The translations under genes and the position numbers were made by a program. Below are positions 9,077 to 17,871 of a DNA stretch of 64,000 bases, piece after piece. The stretch lies in IMG/VR virus record IMGVR_UViG_3300028048_003161. One strand, 5' to 3'. Source of the stretch: a virus. Taxonomy: Duplodnaviria; Caudoviricetes. The stretch's first letter is position 1; every line of letters starts with the position of its first letter. The notes under the pieces were generated by a model. The model was given only the letters and a program-made list of their open reading frames with translations. It was not told the DNA's origin and did not search any database.

Positions 9077-10465
9077 ATGAACATGAGTAGAGCAAGGACA
9101 CAGTATAAACTTGTTGGAAGATACTTAAATGGTAATGACACTAAATACTATGGTTTAGTATCAGAGGATAATAAACAGGTTAAATATACAAGTGAGCAAA
9201 TGGCATTTGCTGTAGGTAGAGAACAAGTAATAAATGTTAAAGCACAGTTATATAATGGCAAAGTACTGTTTAGAGGAACAGACTGTGACATTAGAAATTT
9301 ACCTACTATACAATTGAATAATAATGTAGTAACTAAGGTAAGTAATAGTAAGAAAAAAGAAATAACTAAAACTACAATGACAAAAGAACTATATATGATA
9401 ATTTGTAGTAACAAAAGTATAGGTATACTCGAAGATTACTTATTTTCATGCAAGTACAATGATGAAAATAACTCTATGTATATTACTGAACAGTACAAGC
9501 ATTCATATGGAAGTGATTTAACACAATATTTCTTTGGTGATGACGAAAAAGTACAAAGGTTTATACTGACAGATGATAATGATTATTTCTATTTAAAATA
9601 TGCAGACACTAATGAAACACTAGTAAAGACTAAAGATAAAATGCTAATTCTAAATTTATTAAATATAACAGACAAGCAAATAAAATCGGTATCAACACTA
9701 GAAGATTCATTGGATTTTATAAAACAGTCTTTTTCAGACTTCTGTGGGTCAGCAAATTATGCAGTTATTACATCTGCAATGCGAGGAGAAGATTATCAAA
9801 GCTTTAGCTTTGATACAGCATTACAGTTAATGGAAATATGTATAATGGAAATGAAGTATGTAAATATTACGAAGAATAAAAGTTTAGACAGTACATATAA
9901 GAGCTACATATTTAGAGGACAAGGAATACAGAAAGGAAGTATTGAGGACCATTCATTTAAGAGTACTACAACAAGTTTAAATGTTGCAAAAGAATATGGA
10001 AAAAATGGCATTATACTTGCAATTAAAAATGTAAAGATACGTGATATTATAAATGTACAAAGCGTAGCAGGATATGATAAAGATTTTATTTACTACGAAC
10101 ATGAATTATTATTAAGGGACTTTAGTATTTTACATATTGAAAATCAAATAGGTGTAATATCAAATATTCCTGTATATTCAGCTAGACTAGAAATGCCTGA
10201 CTACACTACTAGATTAAAGATGATACTAAAACAATTCACTGATGCATATGGAAAAAATGTACAGTTCGAAATCATTAAGCTTATACTAGGTAATCTAAAA
10301 TCACTATGTAACATAACTATAAATTGGGATGGTCTAGAATTAGAGGCACTAAATGGTAATTTTGTGAATATAGCATTCACAAATGATAAAAACACAATTA
10401 TAATAGATGATATAACATATAATAATTATGATGTGATAAATGTATTAAGAAACAAACTAATGTAA
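9077..10465 (+). CDS. Putative R-S-E type ADP-ribosyltransferase fused to an element-specific N-terminal domain
   Basis: YIFRG...FKSTT...VAKEYG...YEHELLL (R, STT, ExE motifs); N-terminal ~80 aa resembles ORFs 12139 and 16207. Confidence 0.65.
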   Translation: MNMSRARTQYKLVGRYLNGNDTKYYGLVSEDNKQVKYTSEQMAFAVGREQVINVKAQLYNGKVLFRGTDCDIRNLPTIQLNNNVVTKVSNSKKKEITKTTMTKELYMIICSNKSIGILEDYLFSCKYNDENNSMYITEQYKHSYGSDLTQYFFGDDEKVQRFILTDDNDYFYLKYADTNETLVKTKDKMLILNLLNITDKQIKSVSTLEDSLDFIKQSFSDFCGSANYAVITSAMRGEDYQSFSFDTALQLMEICIMEMKYVNITKNKSLDSTYKSYIFRGQGIQKGSIEDHSFKSTTTSLNVAKEYGKNGIILAIKNVKIRDIINVQSVAGYDKDFIYYEHELLLRDFSILHIENQIGVISNIPVYSARLEMPDYTTRLKMILKQFTDAYGKNVQFEIIKLILGNLKSLCNITINWDGLELEALNGNFVNIAFTNDKNTIIIDDITYNNYDVINVLRNKLM

Positions 10466-10602
10466 ACAAGTAATTGTATAAAGAAACATTACAAGGATTC
10501 ACTTTTAGATTAAATCAGCAGGGCATAAAAAGGAGAGGCATAGCAAGTAAGGCATAGTTAAGTAGAATTAGACATTAAACATTATGAAAGGAGCACTAGC
10601 AG

Positions 10603-11169
10603 ATGATAGTTTATCATGGTAGTAACAGCAACTTCAGGAAGTTAAAAATAAGCAAGTCCTTGGTTAAGCATACTAGTACATTGGGTAATGAGGGGTTAGG
10701 AATTTATTTCAGTACAGATCCAAGTGTAGCTAATTCATATGGAAAATACTTATATACATTGGAGATAAATGACAGAGCCTTTGTTGATATGAGAAAGAAA
10801 ACAAATTGTACAAAATACATTAGGAAAATAATAGGAGCAGTTTACAAGGAAACAGGTGTCAATATAGGTATGTATTTTGACTTTCAATCTACTATAGACA
10901 GACTCTATTATGGTGGACAAGCAGTGTTTTCAGTAGGGCATGACATAGCTGAAGTGCTAGATAACACAGATGAATTTTATGATAGTGGTTTAAGTCAAAC
11001 AAAGAAAAGCAATGTTTATAGAGTATTAAGACATATGGACAAGGAATGTCCTAAAGCTTATATGTTTAATTATCACATTAAGAACATTGGAGTTATAAAG
11101 GATGTCTCTGAAGAATATGTGAGAATCATTAAAAGAGAAAACATAGGCTTTGGAGTAATAAGTGGGTAA
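10603..11169 (+). CDS. ART-PolyVal-like (H-Y type) ADP-ribosyltransferase-domain protein
   Basis: VYHGS..F.........G.EGLGIYFSTD..VA.SYG. Confidence 0.65.
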   Translation: MIVYHGSNSNFRKLKISKSLVKHTSTLGNEGLGIYFSTDPSVANSYGKYLYTLEINDRAFVDMRKKTNCTKYIRKIIGAVYKETGVNIGMYFDFQSTIDRLYYGGQAVFSVGHDIAEVLDNTDEFYDSGLSQTKKSNVYRVLRHMDKECPKAYMFNYHIKNIGVIKDVSEEYVRIIKRENIGFGVISG

Positions 11170-11233
11170 CAATTAGACATGAAAAGAGGCATTTGGAAAT
11201 CAGAAAGGCACATGTGAGAAAGAGGTATTTGAC

Positions 11234-12112
11234 ATGAAAATTTTAGTTGTAGTCACTAACATATTTGTGTTTCTCGAGGAAACATCAGTGATTAAACAGT
11301 TAGGTTTAGCAAGGAACAGGGTTTATTATACAATCAATCCTAATTATGTTAAGTCAAGAACAACTAAAAACAACTTAATACATGATATTAACAGACTTGG
11401 TCTTGGTTTAGAATATATAACATGGGGCAGAATAAATGAGAGTACCTGGGATGTAATGTTATGTTCATCATATGCAGGTGATGGTACATATGAGAAATTG
11501 ATTAATACAAGAGTAAAAGTGAATGTACTCGTAGAGGATGGTAGCTATGACTACTTCACAGAGAATGTGTCGCATCCTGATTTTGTAAGGGGAAAGAATT
11601 TGTTTTTGTTTAGACCTCAAAACAGTGTGGCTGGTAGCATTTACAGATCAGTAAGACCTATAAAAATTGATGCTGATATGCAAAGAAGAATTATGAGTTT
11701 GTACAGTGATCAATTGAATGTCTTTAATAGATTACCTAATGGGTCATGTATTTTGTTTACTAGTCCATTGGAATCAGACTTTGGTATCATGGATCATGAG
11801 AAACAGGCAGTTGAGTTTATGGAAAAGAACTTTAGAAATAGAGTAGTAATACTTAAGAAACATCCAAGAGACTTAAGTGAGTACAAGTCAAGGCATCTTG
11901 ACATTGTGGAATGTAGCACTAATGTCCCTGGTCAGATACTTGATATTTTGTTTAATGGACCTAAGGTATTTACTTTCCCTTCAACAATATGTTTTATGAG
12001 TGGTAAGGTAAATGATATGCTTTTATTAAGAATGAAAACACATAATAAAAATTACAATGACTTCTATGAAAAAGTAGGTAGACTAAATTGTTTTAGGACA
12101 GTCATGATTTAG
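11234..12112 (+). CDS. Sialyltransferase-like GT-B glycosyltransferase
   Basis: VEDG, KKHPR and FPST motifs in the order seen in bacterial sialyl/polysialyltransferases. Confidence 0.6.
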   Translation: MKILVVVTNIFVFLEETSVIKQLGLARNRVYYTINPNYVKSRTTKNNLIHDINRLGLGLEYITWGRINESTWDVMLCSSYAGDGTYEKLINTRVKVNVLVEDGSYDYFTENVSHPDFVRGKNLFLFRPQNSVAGSIYRSVRPIKIDADMQRRIMSLYSDQLNVFNRLPNGSCILFTSPLESDFGIMDHEKQAVEFMEKNFRNRVVILKKHPRDLSEYKSRHLDIVECSTNVPGQILDILFNGPKVFTFPSTICFMSGKVNDMLLLRMKTHNKNYNDFYEKVGRLNCFRTVMI

Positions 12113-12138
12113 AAAAAGTAAGCATGGAGGCTTAGACA

Positions 12139-12564
12139 ATGGGCATATTTGAAATGTTTAGTAGCAGAAAAGATTACAAGAGAGAAGAAGAGATTGAACG
12201 TAGTAGGTCTGGAATAATACAAGAGGTTGAGAGAGGAAACCTTAGTATGAAAGACCTAGACAGGAGACAAAAGTTGTGCAACAAGATTGTTACTGTAGAA
12301 AAGACAGGTAAGATTGGTCAATGTCATATAGTTGCAGTAGTGATTAGCATGGCAGATGGTGACGACTACATAGTAGAGGATTGTACAGGTAAGAGGTTTA
12401 TTGTTGATAAGGCATCAACTTTTGAATTAGCAAAGAATAAAAAGATTGAAAACATTAAGTTTGTGAAAGATCACATTCAAGGTTATAATGGTTTTAGGTT
12501 GGGTTCATTACCTCATGTCTATTATAAAGAGGCATTGGAAATGTTAAAACAACATAAAAAATAA
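12139..12564 (+). CDS. Hypothetical protein with element-specific repeated domain
   Basis: C-terminal half (IVAV...Y...G..F.V.K....LA....I.NIK...RL.SLP) resembles the N-termini of ORFs 9077 and 16207. Confidence 0.65.
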   Translation: MGIFEMFSSRKDYKREEEIERSRSGIIQEVERGNLSMKDLDRRQKLCNKIVTVEKTGKIGQCHIVAVVISMADGDDYIVEDCTGKRFIVDKASTFELAKNKKIENIKFVKDHIQGYNGFRLGSLPHVYYKEALEMLKQHKK

Positions 12565-12600
12565 AAGAAAGGATAATGAAACAAAAGGAGGAAAGACATA

Positions 12601-13662
12601 GTGAAGAAAAGGCTAGTAATTTTAGGAGTGATTTGTACAATGTTGTTTAGTTGTACAGCTTGTTCAGATTCAAGTTCAACATTGAATGGAGCAGTTGATG
12701 CAAGTGTAAGTAGTGGTTCAAATGCATTTGGTGTTGCTGAGAAAAGTGAAAGCAGTGATAATTACGAATATGACAGTGGAGATAGTGATTATGACAGCAA
12801 TAGTGATGAGAGCGACACAGGTGATAATGAGAACAACAGCAAGACTGAAGAGGCAAACATTGACACAAAGGCTAAAAACATTAATGATAAACTAGTATAC
12901 AGTTATGATATTGAGTATACAGTTTATGGAGAAAAGAATAAGAACAAAGCAATTAAGAAAGTAGATGATGCAATTGAAAATTACAATGGCTTCATTGAAA
13001 ATTCAACTAGTTCAGAGTATAATTGCAGAGTGACAGTAAGAATCCCTAGTGAATACAGAGATAAGTTTGTTGAGGCATTAACAAACAAGTTAGATAAAGA
13101 GAATTATAGGATAAACAAGCAGGTTGAGAATTTGAAGTCAACATATGCTGATTACAAGAGACAGTATGAGATTGCTAAATCAAATTATGAAGCATACAGT
13201 AAATTGTTAAAGCAGGCAGATGAATTAAAAGATGTGCTTGAGATAACTAATTATGTGAACACTGCTAAACAAACAATGGACGATATGGAAAGACAGATGC
13301 AGGATATTGATACTGATGTAGCATATTCAACTATTGTGGTAGACATTAACTTTAATAGTGATGACATTAGGAGGTCAGAAGATGAGCCATTGATAAATCA
13401 AGCAATACATGCCTTTAAAGATGGAATAAGATCATTCTTTTTATTGATTGTTAATTTATTGTTATTCATTATTGGTAATCTGTTATACTTATTAGTATTT
13501 GGTTTAATCATTTGGTTTATTGTGGCTAAACACAAGAAGAAAAAGAGACAGAAACAAGAAAAGAATTCAGCAGTGGAAAATAAAGAAAGCACAGAGAATG
13601 AGAAAGCAAATACATCTGAAGTTGAAACAATTACAGTGGATATGAATGAGAACAGTAAATAA
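12601..13662 (+). CDS. DUF4349-like lipoprotein with C-terminal TM helix
   Basis: Lipobox-like CTAC, VTVRIPS, coiled coil, VAYSTIVV, C-terminal hydrophobic helix and basic tail. Confidence 0.75.
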   Translation: MKKRLVILGVICTMLFSCTACSDSSSTLNGAVDASVSSGSNAFGVAEKSESSDNYEYDSGDSDYDSNSDESDTGDNENNSKTEEANIDTKAKNINDKLVYSYDIEYTVYGEKNKNKAIKKVDDAIENYNGFIENSTSSEYNCRVTVRIPSEYRDKFVEALTNKLDKENYRINKQVENLKSTYADYKRQYEIAKSNYEAYSKLLKQADELKDVLEITNYVNTAKQTMDDMERQMQDIDTDVAYSTIVVDINFNSDDIRRSEDEPLINQAIHAFKDGIRSFFLLIVNLLLFIIGNLLYLLVFGLIIWFIVAKHKKKKRQKQEKNSAVENKESTENEKANTSEVETITVDMNENSK

Positions 13663-13681
13663 TTAAATACAACATATAAGT

Positions 13682-13720
13682 AAAAGACATATACATTTGG
13701 TTTAGTGTATATGTCTTTTT
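13682..13720 (+). terminator. Intrinsic terminator
   Basis: aaaagacatatac...gtatatgtcttttt hairpin with U-tract. Confidence 0.75.
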
Positions 13721-13723
13721 ATA

Positions 13724-13752
13724 TTGAAAAATAGGGTAATAAGTGTTATAAT
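13724..13752 (+). promoter_or_regulatory. SigA-type promoter for the NADAR gene
   Basis: TTGAAA-17bp-TATAAT with extended TG. Confidence 0.7.
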
Positions 13753-13783
13753 ATAAGTAAAGAGTTAGGAAAGGAGATAAGAC

Positions 13784-14263
13784 ATGATCAAGTTCAGTCG
13801 GGCGCATGGTAAATACGCGTGTTTCAGTAATTTTTATCCTTGTGAGATTTTGTTCGGTGGTATGCACTTCAAGAACAGTGAAGCAGCTTGGCAGGCATTA
13901 AAGACACTTGATGAGAATGAGAGACTTTCATTTCAGAATTTAGGACCTTCTGAAGCAAAGAAAAAGGGAAGAAGTGTTAAGTTGAGAGAAGATTGGGAAC
14001 TTGTTAAGTACAAGTTGATGGTTGCAGTCTGCTTGGCTAAGTTTAGGCAAAATCCTGATTTAGGAAAGATTCTGCTTGAGACAGGCGATGAGGAGATTCA
14101 GGAGAACACTACAGGTTGGCATGACAACATCTGGGGTCATTGTGAGTGTCCTAAGTGCAGAGATAAGAGTTACACTAACTTACTTGGTAAAGCACTCATG
14201 GAGGTCAGAGACTTTCTGAAAACAATGGATGACATGGGAAAAGGTTGGAAAGTAGAAGACTAA
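13784..14263 (+). CDS. NADAR family protein (YbiA-like)
   Basis: FSNFY, SEAAWQA, AKKKGR, DWELVK, KFRQN, WHDNIWG, NLLGKALMEVR. Confidence 0.9.
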   Translation: MIKFSRAHGKYACFSNFYPCEILFGGMHFKNSEAAWQALKTLDENERLSFQNLGPSEAKKKGRSVKLREDWELVKYKLMVAVCLAKFRQNPDLGKILLETGDEEIQENTTGWHDNIWGHCECPKCRDKSYTNLLGKALMEVRDFLKTMDDMGKGWKVED

Positions 14264-14329
14264 ACAGTAGAGAAAAGGAATAGGACAGTTAAAATGAAAA
14301 ACAAGACATGAAGAAAGAACAAACTTGTC

Positions 14330-14950
14330 ATGGTAGTTGCAATTTGTTTAATGATGTGTACACTGGTTGGTGGTTGCGGTATCCTTGATTCAAAGGTAAA
14401 TGACATTAAAGGTAAGCTTGTAGGAAATGACTACAACATTTACTTTTATGATAACTTTGGTAACAAGACAGGGTTTGTGTCAGGTGAAAAAGTAGGTATG
14501 ACGGGTAATCCGATTAAGGTGCAGAGTGTATCTGATAGCGGAGACATCATTACTACATATCAGCTCTCATCAATTATTACACTTAACATTGATGGTCATG
14601 AACTGGAGACTTGTGGAGATACAATGATCTGTGCTCAGAAAGGACTTGAGCCTGATGTAGATTTTAAGTCATCTGATATTATCAGTGAGTCATCAGGAAA
14701 ATTAACAGACAATGCTGCAATTTCAGGGTTTGTCAATAAGTACAAGAATATGTTTGGCAAGTCACGTGTAATTGTGGTTAAGTCACAGTTAGGACAACCT
14801 ATTACAGCATATTCAGGAGAAAAGGTCTATTGGGAGGCTCCTGAGGACCTTCCTAAAATGACAAAGCTTATGATTGATGGTAAGGCTTTATATGTGCATA
14901 GAGATAACTTTCAGATTATAGATAAAGGCTTATTGAAAAATGCAGAATAA
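14330..14950 (+). CDS. DUF5052-like lipoprotein; upstream in-frame start at 14294 interrupted by TGA
   Basis: Lipobox VGGC, KSQLGQPI.AYSG, LPKMTKLMIDGKALY; ATG 14294 gives MKNKT*RKNKLVMVV. Confidence 0.7.
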   Translation: MVVAICLMMCTLVGGCGILDSKVNDIKGKLVGNDYNIYFYDNFGNKTGFVSGEKVGMTGNPIKVQSVSDSGDIITTYQLSSIITLNIDGHELETCGDTMICAQKGLEPDVDFKSSDIISESSGKLTDNAAISGFVNKYKNMFGKSRVIVVKSQLGQPITAYSGEKVYWEAPEDLPKMTKLMIDGKALYVHRDNFQIIDKGLLKNAE

Positions 14951-15066
14951 GCACTAAGGCAGAGCACCCTGCAGTGAAAACTGTGGGGTGTAATTTTGTT
15001 TATAGCTGTGGCATTGATAAAAATTGGGTATGCAGTATAAGATGTGCATTGGTAATTTTAGGTATA

Positions 15067-15095
15067 TTGACAATTTATTAAATTTGTGATATAAT
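15067..15095 (+). promoter_or_regulatory. Consensus SigA promoter
   Basis: TTGACA-17bp-TATAAT with TG extension. Confidence 0.8.
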
Positions 15096-15273
15096 ATGGT
15101 AAATGAAAGACCTTATGTAAGAAAGAAAGTTGACTAGCCACAAAGTAAGAAAATACATAATTTTTGAGTGACATGCATATGTCAAAAAATTAGATATGCA
15201 GTGGGGTCAAAATTGGGTACGACATAGGAGTTAAAAAATTAAAAATTTTTAATAGGTTGGAGGTACATATGAT

Positions 15274-15603
15274 ATGCTAGTGGACATTAAGGAAGTGAGG
15301 GATGGACTAAGGATAAGAGGGGCAACACCTTGGAAATCTTTTGACTATGGTGTTTGTGATGACTACACTTAGGTACTGGAGAAATACAAAGAGGAAATTA
15401 AGAGTAACAAGAAATATGTGGTTGTGTTACAGGTCATTCATAAACAAGGGAAATCTAGTTTAGATGGGTGGAAATGGAGTAAGCATGGTCCATATATTGG
15501 TAAGCAGAAACAAGAAGCAGAGTACTTGTTTAATGAACCTTTAATCACAGAGGTTTATGAATATAGCATTTTTGAATTAGGAGGACATGAAAATGAAAAG
15601 TAA
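15274..15603 (+). pseudogene. Hypothetical gene interrupted by an in-frame TAG at 15370
   Basis: GGAGG then ATG 15274; MLVDIKEVRDGLRIRGATPWKSFDYGVCDDYT*VLEKYKEE... continues in frame into ORF 15418-15603. Confidence 0.55.
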
Positions 15604-15952
15604 AAGCAATGTAGCAGGAAGAATGAAAAGTAAAAGCAATGTAGCAGGAAGAATGGACAGCAAGATTGTTGCAATGAACAACAGAAGAAAAGTAACTGAC
15701 ATGAGCGAAGAGAATAAGAGACAGGCATGGAAATGGATTGGTATTTTTGTAGGTGTTATGTTACTTTTGATTGTAGGTGGTTACTTTGCAGTTCCTGCAA
15801 TCAGACAGGCAGAAATAGGTGTTTGGCAGGCATTTATGAGAAAGTCAATTGGAGACAAAGTTGACTGCATCTTGATTGTTGTTTGTGCATTTGCATTTTT
15901 AATTTCAATCAATAGGACATTAAGAAAGGCAAGGCTCAACAGAGGGAAATAA
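15587..15952 (+). CDS. Small membrane protein
   Basis: Two hydrophobic helices; GGAGG RBS. Confidence 0.7.
   Translation: MKMKSKSNVAGRMKSKSNVAGRMDSKIVAMNNRRKVTDMSEENKRQAWKWIGIFVGVMLLLIVGGYFAVPAIRQAEIGVWQAFMRKSIGDKVDCILIVVCAFAFLISINRTLRKARLNRGK
15593..15652 (+). repeat. Perfect 30-nt tandem duplication (MKSKSNVAGR x2)
   Basis: atgaaaagtaaaagcaatgtagcaggaaga repeated twice. Confidence 0.9.
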
Positions 15953-16011
15953 AGGCAAGCAATAGAAAAATAAAGAGATTGCAATTAAAATAAAATAATA
16001 ACATTATTAAG

Positions 16012-16050
16012 AAACTAGTATACACAGCAATTTGGCGTATACTAGTTTTT
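16012..16050 (+). terminator. Intrinsic terminator
   Basis: aaactagtatac...gtatactagttttt. Confidence 0.75.
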
Positions 16051-16206
16051 CAATTTTATTGTAACTATAGGTGTACATGTGTATAAACTGGGCATACATT
16101 ATGGTTTATCTAAAGGAATATTAAATATAGGATTGACCCTCCTGTTGGCATAAAGTGGAAACAGAAATAAGTTTTTATTTATTTTTAATTTATGGGAGGT
16201 ATCTTT

Positions 16207-16935
16207 ATGTATATACTTGTTGCACGTATATTTGACAAGAGGGAGCTTGTTGGATATAAGATGAAAGACATGACAAATGGGGAGGCTCATCTTGTCACAA
16301 AAGGGGATGCATGTAGATTAGCAGCTAATGAGCAAATAGTTGATGTCAAGTGCATTCAGTCAAAATTAGGTTCAGATAGTTTAGTAAGTACTGGCAGTAC
16401 TAGATTGAGGGATTTGCCTAGGATTGATGCAAAGGACATTAAGAAAAAGTCAGTATCATCTAGTAAGTTCAAATACAGTGATAGGATAGCGTGTGTGATT
16501 AGGGATACCTGTAATAATAGAAAAATGAACACAGTGTATACAGAATCACACATTAAGGAAATTATTAAACAGGATGTAAATAGGGGAGTCATTGATATAA
16601 GTGAAAAGAACTCATTAAGTATGGGTATACTCATTAGAAAATGTGGGAGCAATGAGTATATGGTGCTTAATGAAAATGATTATGACCTGCCTTTTCATAG
16701 AATAGCAGATGATAAGGATAAAATAAAGCAAGTTGAGACATTGGGTAGCCATGATCAGCAGTTATTAAGTAAAGGTGAACTTGTATTATTGAGTTCTAAT
16801 CCTAAAATAAATTGTATATTCAGTAATGCACTTGTGATAGGTCCTACTAAATTTAGTAGATACACAGGTGGTTTAGAGGATTGGCTGAATCAGTTTAGTA
16901 TAGTATTTGGAAATAATGACGGACAGGATATATAA
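16207..16935 (+). CDS. Hypothetical protein with element-specific N-terminal domain
   Basis: GGAGGT RBS before ATG 16207; N-terminus similar to ORFs 9077 and 12139. Confidence 0.7.
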   Translation: MYILVARIFDKRELVGYKMKDMTNGEAHLVTKGDACRLAANEQIVDVKCIQSKLGSDSLVSTGSTRLRDLPRIDAKDIKKKSVSSSKFKYSDRIACVIRDTCNNRKMNTVYTESHIKEIIKQDVNRGVIDISEKNSLSMGILIRKCGSNEYMVLNENDYDLPFHRIADDKDKIKQVETLGSHDQQLLSKGELVLLSSNPKINCIFSNALVIGPTKFSRYTGGLEDWLNQFSIVFGNNDGQDI

Positions 16936-17061
16936 TATTACATAAACTAGACAAGTTATGAAAAGAGTAGTACAGTGGAAAATAAAATGAACATTAGATG
17001 ATTAAGCTTTACTTATAATAATTTAAGTAGGGCTTAATTTTTTAGATTTTGGGCATCAGTA

Positions 17062-17090
17062 TTGACAAAATAGGGTTTATGTGGTAATAT
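17062..17090 (+). promoter_or_regulatory. SigA-type promoter for the PC4-like gene
   Basis: TTGACA-17bp-TAATAT with TG extension. Confidence 0.6.
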
Positions 17091-17180
17091 AATATTTGTA
17101 GTTAAGAAGTAAATATGTAGTACGTAGTCTTAATTACTCTACAAAATTTAGTGCGTGAGAAACGCAAGGAGGACAGTGCT

Positions 17181-17507
17181 ATGGCATTTGAAAACGAAAT
17201 CAATGAACAGGTGGCTCAGATCGACAAGAATAATCGTGGAGATTACATGGTAGTTTCTAAGATCACCAACAAGAACACAGGAACAGTGAGTGCAGACATT
17301 AGACAGTTTTACACTGACGAAAATGGAAAGGTAGCTCCTACTCGAAAGGGTACCCGTGTCAACACAGAAATCTTACCTGACGTGATTAAAGCATTACTTC
17401 AGATTCTGGAGCCTGATGAACTGGAGGACATTGGAGAGTTTGTCGAAAACATGGGTGCTGATGAACTTGAGGATCCTGAGGACACTACAGAAGAGGAAGA
17501 GGCATAA
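17181..17507 (+). CDS. PC4/YdbC-family single-stranded DNA-binding protein
   Basis: ADIRQFYTD..G.V.PTRKG signature of the PC4 fold; acidic SSB-like C-tail; AGGAGG RBS. Confidence 0.8.
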   Translation: MAFENEINEQVAQIDKNNRGDYMVVSKITNKNTGTVSADIRQFYTDENGKVAPTRKGTRVNTEILPDVIKALLQILEPDELEDIGEFVENMGADELEDPEDTTEEEEA

Positions 17508-17780
17508 GCCTCAATGTAGAAATAGGAGATGCAGGTCATTAAATCTTAAATTGACATTGTGTATGATTGAAATTACATAAAACAAGGTAATCATTTATGG
17601 TTGTGATTGTCTTGGTATAAACCGACTAACAACATATGTGATTGAGATTGTAGACATTGGAAATTTTAAGGTTTATCCTTTAAGAAGAAAAATTGAATAT
17701 TGTGGACTTCTGACATAACTAGGAAAGCAGAGTTGGTGACTGATTGAACAGTTTAAGCAGAGGTCAAAGCTGCGGAAAAA

Positions 17781-17822
17781 AGTAAGGGAACAGTACTTAA
17801 TTGTATTGTTTCCTTATTTTTT
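17781..17822 (+). terminator. Probable intrinsic terminator
   Basis: taagggaacagtac...gtattgtttccttatttt. Confidence 0.6.
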
Positions 17823-17871
17823 GCATTAAAATAAAAATAAGGAAATTTATTTTAATTAGGAGTGTGGTAAA

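Noticed and set aside
14294-15372. Stop-codon reassignment (TAG or TGA)
   Set aside because: TAG ends many intact genes (mcrC, rnhA, tadC) and TGA ends others; long genes are uninterrupted under code 11
17520-17780. Possible gene between the PC4-like gene and the hydrolase
   Set aside because: The best + frame has several stops and no recognisable motif; at most a decayed relic
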